NCBI RefSeq assembly: GCF_022539665.2
Contig: NC_081333.1
Coordinates: 4,092,001 to 4,156,000 of the forward strand
Reading direction: 5' to 3'
DNA from: Daphnia carinata
Taxonomy: Eukaryota
Length of the DNA: 64,000 bases
Shown: in pieces, positions 41,599 through 50,551 of the stretch
Position numbering within the stretch: the first letter of the stretch is position 1
How the letters are laid out: each line of letters begins with the position of its first letter
Translations under genes and position numbers: made by a program
Notes under the pieces: model-generated
Seen by the model: the letters and a program-made list of their open reading frames with translations, nothing else
What the model was told of the DNA's origin: nothing
Databases searched by the model: none

Positions 41599-42549
41599 AA
41601 GTCTACGTCAATTTATCCCTTTTCAATAATTAAACTGTTGTATGTACCACATCTATCATCTCACATACATGTTGAAATTTCTACTTGGTGTGCTCGGCCG
41701 TGTGTGGTATGGCGCTGTGAGAGTGTGAGATCTTGCTGATGTAACACGAAGAAACTGGATCTCCGGATACTGATCGTCGTAGACCTGGAGGAGATAGTCT
41801 ATGTTAAAATCTATAATTTTTATCTTTTTTGCGTGTTTTTTTAGTTTTTTCCTGTAAGAAGCGAGGATGCCACACCGCATGGCAAGTGTGCCTACATTAC
41901 CTAGCAGAAGGTTAGCACTCTTCTGAATTATTTTTTACATGTAATTTTGCGAAGTTTATAAGATTTAACTGACATTGTTTCTGGCAAGGTTGTGTCGCGC
42001 ACCTTTTCCTTTCACCCCCTCCGGATTCATGCTAGCAAATGGAAATTGGAGCTTGGCCTCAATAAAGCGGGTAAAAAGTATTTTTTTTCTTCCTATCACA
42101 TTCCTTTATTCCATTCACAATAAAAAATTGTTTCCACAGACTATCAAAGTATCTATCTAATATTTTTTATGGTTTTTAGGGGGGGGGGGGATTAAGACAC
42201 AAGAGATGAAAAAGTAATGACTTCTGACTCCAGGAGATATCACGTTAAGTTCGATTTATATAAAGTGATTTAATTCCGCGTAAAAAATGATTGCAGGCCG
42301 CTTACCAGAGGAAGGCCATTGCGCGGTCCCTTCTAATAGGTCATCATGATACCCACATTGAAGTAAACCAAAATTCAACACCGTTAAAAAGCAACCAACG
42401 CGTCCTTTGCGGTGCTAACTCAAGGGTGACAATGCGGCCATTCATTTTCATGTTTCAATTTTTCATATAAATATGTGAACGCAAAAGAAACGGAGATATT
42501 CTCATTCAAAGCATCGACAGAAACAGTGTTCCACCCATAAAGCTTTAGA

Positions 42550-43217
42550 ATGTTTCGTTTTATTCAATTGTTGGTAAGTCGACCATAAATTTCTGTACAA
42601 AATAATCCATTGTTAATCATTATAACGTTTTTCAGTTTGTCGCAAGTATGTTCTTCGCAACCTTACTAGAAGAAACAAACTCATTCACTCTAGAACGAGT
42701 GAATGGGGGAGACGACCACGATCATAACGATTCATGTGAAACTTCTGTCGATTTCGGTTATCGCACAGTAGATGACATGGACTACGAAGACGTGTTGGAG
42801 GTAGAGGACACCGAAGTAAATGGACAGATTCAAGACACATCGGAAGAAAATAGATTGGTTAAGCGAAATTCCTTCCATGCACCGGGTCAAAGAAGGATCT
42901 CGTTTAACCGTCATATTCAGCATAAGTTGGAGTCCGTGGAAGATTATGACGAGATGCCGTTCCAGCATCCTAGGACGCCAACTGCTAGCCACCAAGGTAA
43001 TCATCAGTTGTGGGATGTTAGCGATGAGCAGCAATCTTGGGAAGTGAAGGATCCGTCGTTGAGAAATTTGTTTGGAATTCGTTGGGATTCTGCCAAGAAT
43101 AAGAAGACCACTCATCGTTCATCAGTCGAAGATTCGATGGAAGATTTGCTTCGTCAACAACACGAAAGACATTCGGCAAGTAGGAGAAGCAAACGTCCGT
43201 CTGGCATTGTATTTTAG
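42550..43217 (+). CDS. Secreted prohormone-like precursor, 2 exons
   Basis: TATAAATA at about 42466; signal peptide MFRFIQLL|FVASMFFATLL; acidic pro-region; KR, RR, KK and RRSKR sites; terminal PSGIVF. Confidence 0.6.
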
Positions 43218-44110
43218 ACCTTTTCTGTAGATCCTACAATTTAAGATTGCGATATATTTTCTATTTAATCACCTACTTCTTGGGCAATCATTTAGTATTC
43301 TGACCTTTTAACCAAAATTTCGCTAAGTGACCGTTTTTTTGTTTATTGGCGATTTCGCAATAAAACTTTGAGCAATGCTATAACCAAGTTTATGCAATGC
43401 ACATGGGAAACGTGTGGAGTGTAGGACAAACGCGTAAAATTTCAATTATGCCACAAGTCAAGGGAAAGGCGCAATAGATCCATGGTCTTCCAAACTGGCC
43501 TGAGATTAGCCACCGAAGTAGCTTGCATGCCATGCAAAACAATGATCACCTGTGTTTCTTCGCGGTTTGCGACAAAATTCCGTCCAAAGGGTCCTATTTG
43601 ATTTCCCATCTCTACACGTGATCCTATCTTAAAAGAAAATATTATTCACGGTTGAGCGCCGTCGGGAACTTCCCCCTAGGCCCTGCCCATGCTCCTTTTT
43701 GGTCCGTAGACCGAGGCGGAAGTTAGTTCCTCAGATGAATTCATATCAATTGAAATACCATGGCCTGTTAAGTCCGTTGGAGTGATATCTTTATACTCGA
43801 CACGATACTATCACGACGGGCCACTGCGTACGATCCGTCTGCTCGTGGAGCGGCTCTTTCCATCCGTTGGACTTAACTGGTATACTTACCTTTGGTAACA
43901 AGCCGATTGAGACAAGACGATACCTGTGTGCACTGGGATCAGTGTTTAACCTGTTAGCATTGGCCAGGTGATCCACTAGGCCAATGTCGCATGTAGCCCA
44001 TACACATCTCCTTGTTGGTCCGCGCAAACGCCCTTGGGCAAGATGCAGGTCTGAAATGTTCAAAGAATTAGCTCCGTTGGAGAGTGATAGACGTACATGC
44101 TCGTCCTGAT

Positions 44111-44671
44111 ATACTGGCGCGCTAGCATTGCATATTTGCATCAAACATCCGGTTTATTTCGAAAAACGATTAACTTAGTGAAAAATAGCAATTTACCCGG
44201 AATCAGCATTCAATCTTGGGTATATCCTGTGATACTCAACCAATTCTGATGAGGGCCAGTTTTTGCAGAAAAAAATTTTAAGCCCGACTAAATAAGCCCG
44301 ACTTTTCTCGGTCGGGCTTAAAAAAATTTTCGGAAAAAACTGACACTCATCAGAGTTAGTTGAATATCACAGGATATGCTCAAAACTGAATGCTGATGCC
44401 GGAAAAATTGCGATTTTTTTCTTTAAGTTAATCGTTTTTTATTTGTTTGATATTTCTATTGCATCGCTCTAGCGCTGTAGCGTACTGGCGCGCTAGCATT
44501 GCATCAAATATTCGGTGTATTTCAAAAACGATTAACTTAATGAAAAAAAAGCAATTATACCGGAATCAGCATTCAATTTTGAGCATATCCTGTGATATTC
44601 AACGAATTCCGATGGGGGTCAGTTTTTGGTGAAAAATATTTTGAAGCCCGACTAAATAAGCCCGACTTTTC
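44111..44671. repeat. Three copies (direct, inverted, direct) of a ~140-200 bp module
   Basis: Copies at about 44111-44309 (+), 44310-44451 (-) and 44461-44671 (+). Shared CGATTAACTTA, CCGGAATCAGCATTCAA, ATATCCTGTGATA and AGCCCGAC. Confidence 0.85.
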
Positions 44672-44912
44672 GTTCGAGTGTATTTGGAGTATTAAGTAGA
44701 AAGCTGACCAGTAGATGGCGATAGCAGTAAAACAGAAAAATATGGCAATCCGTTTTACATTAAAAAAAAAAAAAAAATGGCGGAAAAAAAATAAAAAATC
44801 GCACTTTTTTCTTTTTTTCCGACACGTAGCCATCTACCGCTCAGACTCATTATTACTGGCGTAGGCAATTTCAGTCCATTGGATGCCATTCGCAGTTAGT
44901 TCAGTAGCGTGG

Positions 44913-45511
44913 ATGGAGAATAACGCATGGCTGGAGGAACAATTGAAAAATGGATAAGATAATACAACAAAAGGATGGTAAGTATAAACATTATTATATT
45001 TGTTTTGAATTATTAATTATTGTTTATTAGATCAAATTATGGACCTGCAGGCTCAATTATTGCAACAGCACAAAATATTAGATAACAGCAAAGCTAAGGA
45101 TGGTAAGGCCTAATACATAATGATTCTATTTATTTGCTTTTATTCATTTGTGTTTTGTAGCTCAAAGTTTGAGTCTACAAGCTCAGCTAGGGGAAAAGAA
45201 CAAATTGGAACGGAACAGTTTCCAAACAGTGAAGGAGGTTTTTCCAAACTCAAATCTAACTGAACATGAGGATGAATTGGCATTAGGCGAACACAGTCAG
45301 GTACCTAAACTTTTCAAATAAGAATTCAAAATAAGTATAGAATTTTAACAAACAATTATTTATTGTTTAGTTATTCAGTTTACTTCTCTGTCTAAAGAAC
45401 AACTTGTCCTTTATGTTCAGAGTGTTGGGGAAACTGGGTACTTAAATGGCCCTAAAGATGTTTTAATTTTGCTGCCATTGCAGAGATGAACATCATACAT
45501 GGACTCTTTAG
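44913..45511 (+). pseudogene. Spliced coiled-coil gene remnant in the left palindrome arm
   Basis: GT-AG introns at 44978-45030, 45103-45160 and 45301-45370; MDKIIQQKD|DQIMDLQAQLLQQ..KAKD|AQSLSLQAQLGEK. Frame inconsistencies at exons 1 and 4. Confidence 0.55.
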
Positions 45512-45933
45512 GTATGAAAGGATTTTTCTTCAAATAATTTTGAATTTATGACGAAGAATTTCTCCTCCTTTTTGCCAACCAGGTCTAATCTACCAAAAAA
45601 AATTTTATCCAAAAGGAAAGGATTTTCATGTACTGGGAACACAACTATCAACAGTGCAACATTGTACAGGTGCTAGTTTATCATTCAAGAGCCTTATACA
45701 ATGATGTTAATCTGCAATTTGTATGTCCTTCCCCAAGCTTCCACCAGAAGTTGAATCTATGAGTCATGTAAGTTACATGATCAACAGTTGATATGTTTAA
45801 CGGTGTTGTTTTTCTTTTCTCAATATAGGTTAATAGTAACATTGGATCTGAAAAAATTCTTGGTTGGGGCAAGACACTGAATAAATTGTATTGATTGGAT
45901 GGATGACATGACATTTCTATACTTAATTCGGAT

Positions 45934-46341
45934 TCCCCAGACGGTATTTGATATTAAAAAAATTGAAGTGCATATCTGGGCTCCCTTCTTTTCTGAAGCC
46001 CCGTTTCCCCTTGACTCGTAATAAGCCCGTAGGGGGTCATGCCCCTACTGTACGGTATATATAAAAATAACATATACCGAGGTTTGGAGGGCTCTGGCCG
46101 GAAAGGGGACGTGGGGTGCCGCTTAGTCCGATGATGTGTTCACGGAGGGCGATGTGGCTACCCACAAATCCGAACTAAAGGTTAATCGCTCCTGTAAAAA
46201 TGTTCCAAATCTTCAGCTCTTCTTCCGGCTTCTCTTAGCCAATCACCGGGTAATCTCCCCGGTGGGTCAACAAGGCAGTGTCTCCCCCTGCCTGGGTTGA
46301 CGGCAACTTTTGAAAGGGCTATTGTGCCTTTTTAAAGTTGC
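45934..46341. other. GC-rich multi-hairpin array (mirror copy at 47254-47661)
   Basis: At least 8 stem-loops, e.g. GTAGGGG/CCCCTAC, CGGTATAT/ATATACCG, CACCGGG/CCCGGTG, GTCAAC/GTTGAC and GCAACTTT/AAAGTTGC. Confidence 0.7.
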
Positions 46342-46555
46342 AAAAATAATTGTAATGTGCAGAGAATTGTCAATAAATTTTTTTTTATAAAATTTTTTTG
46401 CAAAATTTGTTTCCTTCATTGTCTGTGTTCACACATTACATTTATCATCTTTTTTTTATTTAGCTTTCTCAATTCTCCTTTATTGTTTATGCCACGTGTA
46501 ATGGTAAGCATTGTTTCCTGTAAGCATAGTTTATCTGTAAGCATTCAATTATTAT

Positions 46556-46615
46556 ACAAGGATCGAACCCTAGATGTTCGGCATTCCGCGCCGATGCTTT
46601 ACCAATGAGCCATGA
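46556..46615 (-). ncRNA. tRNA-derived module 1 (pseudo-tRNA)
   Basis: A-box TGGCTCATTGGTAAAGC; stem TCGGC/GCCGA with a 7-nt loop; B-box GGTTCGATCC; no acceptor stem. Confidence 0.65.
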
Positions 46616-46739
46616 ATCATATGATGTCAAGTTGGCTTTTTTCTAGTCACTTGCGGACTTGCATTTACACTTTGAATAAAACTGAAATGCAATACTGCAA
46701 TATTATTTTCTCCATTTAGATGTAGATTTTTATACATCT

Positions 46740-46800
46740 AGTAAGGTTTGAACCCAGGGTAACAGTTATCGCAGCTGAATGCTCTACCACAGAGCTATGG
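46740..46800 (-). ncRNA. tRNA-derived module 2 (pseudo-tRNA, 5' half resembles tRNA-Cys)
   Basis: ATAGCTCTGTGGTAGAGCATTC with D-stem GCTC/GAGC; B-box GGTTCAAACC. Confidence 0.6.
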
Positions 46801-46904
46801 ACATTATAAAAGCAATACAAAGATAAACATATACTTGTGAAAGACTGCATAAACATCCTAGACGATAACATATGATATGCGATAATAAAAAATTTATATA
46901 TATC

Positions 46905-46970
46905 TTGTGGCTCAATGTTAGAGCATCGGCGTTGCACGCTGAATGTCTGAGGATCGATTCCCATGCCAGT
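46905..46970 (+). ncRNA. tRNA-derived module 3 (pseudo-tRNA, TGC at the anticodon position)
   Basis: TGGCTCAATGTTAGAGC; stem TCGGC/GCTGA with loop GTTGCAC; GGATCGATTCC; no acceptor stem. Confidence 0.65.
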
Positions 46971-48083
46971 AAAACAATATACAAATACAAAATTACTTCA
47001 GAAAATATCAAGGTATTACACGTTGTTCCTTGTCTAAGTTCATGAATTCAAAAAGTGTAATAAATAATAATTGAAAACTTACAGATAAACGATACAACGG
47101 TGGCAAAAACAATAAAATTGAATTGCGCAAGCTGAATAAAAAAAAAGTTGATAAATGTAATGTGTGAACACAGACAATGAAGGAAACAAATTTTGCAAAA
47201 AATTTTATAAAAAAAAATTTATTGACAATTCTCTGCACATTACAATTATTTTTGCAACTTTAAAAAGGCACAATAGCCCTTTCAAAAGTTGCCGTCAACC
47301 CAGGCAGGGGGAGACACTGCCTTGTTGACCCACCGGGGAGATTACCCGGTGATTGGCTAAGAGAAGCCGGAAGAAGAGCTGAAGATTTGGAACATTTTTA
47401 CAGGAGCGATTAACCTTTAGTTCGGATTTGTGGGTAGCCACATCGCCCTCCGTGAACACATCATCGGACTAAGCGGCACCCCACGTCCCCTTTCCGGCCA
47501 GAGCCCTCCAAACCTCGGTATATGTTATTTTTATATATACCGTACAGTAGGGGCATGACCCCCTACGGGCTTATTACGAGTCAAGGGGAAACGGGGCTTC
47601 AGAAAAGAAGGGAGCCCAGATATGCACTTCAATTTTTTTAATATCAAATACCGTCTGGGGAATCCGAATTAAGTATAGAAATGTCATGTCATCCATCCAA
47701 TCAATACAATTTATTCAGTGTCTTGCCCCAACCAAGAATTTTTTCAGATCCAATGTTACTATTAACCTATATTGAGAAAAGAAAAACAACACCGTTAAAC
47801 ATATCAACTGTTGATCATGTAACTTACATGACTCATAGATTCAACTTCTGGTGGAAGCTTGGGGAAGGACATACAAATTGCAGATTAACATCATTGTATA
47901 AGGCTCTTGAATGATAAACTAGCACCTGTACAATGTTGCACTGTTGATAGTTGTGTTCCCAGTACATGAAAATCCTTTCCTTTTGGATAAAATTTTTTTT
48001 GGTAGATTAGACCTGGTTGGCAAAAAGGAGGAGAAATTCTTCGTCATAAATTCAAAATTATTTGAAGAAAAATCCTTTCATAC

Positions 48084-48682
48084 CTAAAGAGTCCATGTAT
48101 GATGTTCATCTCTGCAATGGCAGCAAAATTAAAACATCTTTAGGGCCATTTAAGTACCCAGTTTCCCCAACACTCTGAACATAAAGGACAAGTTGTTCTT
48201 TAGACAGAGAAGTAAACTGAATAACTAAACAATAAATAATTGTTTGTTAAAATTCTATACTTATTTTGAATTCTTATTTGAAAAGTTTAGGTACCTGACT
48301 GTGTTCGCCTAATGCCAATTCATCCTCATGTTCAGTTAGATTTGAGTTTGGAAAAACCTCCTTCATTGTTTGGAAACTGTTCCGTTCCAATTTGTTCTTT
48401 TCCCCTAGCTGAGCTTGTAGACTCAAACTTTGAGCTACAAAACACAAATGAATAAAAGCAAATAAATAGAATCATTATGTATTAGGCCTTACCATCCTTA
48501 GCTTTGCTGTTATCTAATATTTTGTGCTGTTGCAATAATTGAGCCTGCAGGTCCATAATTTGATCTAATAAACAATAATTAATAATTCAAAACAAATATA
48601 ATAATGTTTATACTTACCATCCTTTTGTTGTATTATCTTATCCATTTTTCAATTGTTCCTCCAGCCATGCGTTATTCTCCAT
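48084..48682 (-). pseudogene. Mirror copy of the coiled-coil gene remnant in the right palindrome arm
   Basis: Reverse complement of 44913-45511. Confidence 0.55.
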
Positions 48683-48930
48683 CCACGCTACTGAACTAAC
48701 TGCGAATGGCATCCAATGGACTGAAATTGCCTACGCCAGTAATAATGAGTCTGAGCGGTAGATGGCTACGTGTCGGAAAAAAAGAAAAAAGTGCGATTTT
48801 TTATTTTTTTTCCGCCATTTTTTTTTTTTTTTTTTTTTTTAATGTAAAACGGATTGCCATATAAAACGGATTGCCATAACGGATTGCCATATTGCCATAC
48901 CCCCCCCCCCCACAAAAATAAAATCGGTCT

Positions 48931-49328
48931 TTTTTCTGTTTTACTGCTATCACCATCTCCCGGTAAGATTTCTAGTTAATTCTCTATGTCCACTCACCGA
49001 ATTATTCTGCTGCATGGCGCTAGCTCTGTAGCGTACTGGAGCGCTAGCATTGCGTCAAATACTTGGTGTATTTCAAAAACGATTAATTTAATGAAAAAAT
49101 AACAACTTTCCCGGAATCAGTATTAAATTTTGAGTATATCCTGTGATACTCAACCAATTCCGATGAGTGTCAGTTTTTGCCGAAAAAAATTTTAAGCCCG
49201 AATAAATAAGCCCAAGCGCCAGTACGCTACAGCGCTAGCGCGATGCAGCAGAAATATTCGGTGAGTATATATAGAGAATTAACTAGAAATCTGAACGGTA
49301 GATGGCGATAGTAGTAAAACAGAAAAAA
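48931..49328. repeat. Small inverted repeat (~110 bp arms) overlapping a fourth copy of the ~200 bp module
   Basis: 48931-49045 is an imperfect reverse complement of 49215-49328; 49011-49213 matches 44461-44663. Confidence 0.8.
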
Positions 49329-50551
49329 GCAGTATTTTTGGGGGGTAAAACGGATTGCCATAAACGTTCAGTTATCCACTTGCAATGTTTGTAACATTGT
49401 TATTTATGTGTTGGAAACTTCAACAATTTCTTTTTGTATTACACAGGTTTTCCCTCATTATCAGCTATTCACGCTGCTGATCCAGAAAATACTGAGCTAC
49501 CAATATTTTCTGTTATGCCATCTCTCAGTACAGATGAGCTCAGCCCTCATTCAGTCCCTCGTGTAACCAAAGAGATGTCCCATTTCATTGAAACCATTGT
49601 TTTGCATGGCATGCAAGCTACTTCGGTGGCTATTCTCACGCCAGTTTGGATGATGTAGCGCACCCATCAAGCGTTCGATGATCCTACATTCACCCGAACG
49701 CATCCTTATTTTTCAAAAAATCCCCTTACCTACTAAAAAAGAAAAGAAAAACAAACAAAACAAAACGTTGTTGTCATCAACGACTACATGCCGGTCGACT
49801 GTATGTTTGTTTTGTTCTTGTGTGTGTGTAGAGATATAATTTCGCCATCCATCATCATACAACGTTCGCATGCAACAATTTTATATACGGTATGTATCAT
49901 TTCAAGGAAAAAAGAGAGTGAGAGAATCAGAGAGGAGAAAGACAATTATTATGTATAACAAAGAGGGCAGAGCATATATAGCATAGAAAAGTATTAAAGG
50001 ATCCCCATATTTAAAAAAAAAGAAAAACAGAATTTTTTTTAGTATATATATGCAATAACATCTTTGATAATGACAAGCGTTTGGTCTTTAACTGGTCGTT
50101 GATGATCGTTCAACACCGTCGATACCTATACACCTACATCGATCCTGAAAACAAAAACATTATTTTTTTTTTTATTATTAGGCTATTCTTTGTTTTTATA
50201 ACGCGCCGCAATCATTTGTCAGCTTTGACTGTCGTATTCCGGCTGCCGGATGTCGCGTTTGATCGTTTCTCCAACGTCGTTGTCGTCGTTTTGATTCCAT
50301 TCGTTCGTTGTCTACCTCATCAAAGTCAAAAATTAAGAAAATTTTAAGTACAAAATCAAACAGCAAATTCATTACGATGTGCTGCTTTTTTTGGCCGTCG
50401 TCTTGGAAGCCTTCTCCGCAGCGGCGGCTGCGATCCGCTGATCCATTCGGATTTTATAATGTCCCGAACCGACTGCAACCGGAGTCACTTTGATTCCGCT
50501 CACGGCTGCCACATGAAAACAAACAAACTCTCAAACTACTAAACATTTCAG

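Larger units (their letters stand above)
44741..48861. repeat. Giant palindrome: arms 44741-46447 and 47149-48861, spacer ~700 bp
   Basis: The arms are reverse complements. Differences noticed: one substitution (~45229 vs 48366), poly-A16 vs poly-T23, and a 1-nt homopolymer indel. Confidence 0.97.
43486..49653. mobile_element. TIR-bounded, non-autonomous foldback-type composite element (~6.2 kb)
   Basis: 59-bp inverted repeats at 43486-43544 and 49595-49653 (56/59 identical), repeated internal modules and a central palindrome. No transposase ORF and no clear target-site duplication. Confidence 0.8.

Noticed and set aside
43791..44144. 117-aa ORF inside the element (also the 74-aa ORF at 49434-49658)
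   Set aside because: No ATG start or recognisable domain; the second ORF runs through the TIR. Possibly captured fragments, but unsupported.
46556..46970. Functional tRNA genes
   Set aside because: No acceptor-stem pairing and damaged T-stems; kept only as tRNA-derived modules.
47254..47661. RNase MRP/P, hammerhead or HDV ribozyme, or telomerase RNA identity for the hairpin array
   Set aside because: GTCCCC and ACGGGGCT resemble MRP P4 halves, but the GAAAG CR-I is missing. I found no CTGAnGA/GAAA hammerhead core, no convincing HDV pseudoknot and no CCTAA-repeat template by eye.
45681..47914. Identical 77-aa ORFs (MSCHPSNQ...) on both strands
   Set aside because: A consequence of the palindrome; no sign of protein-like character.
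43478..49662. Target-site duplication and superfamily assignment for the TIR element
   Set aside because: No matching direct repeat found at any plausible boundary and no transposase; superfamily left unassigned.
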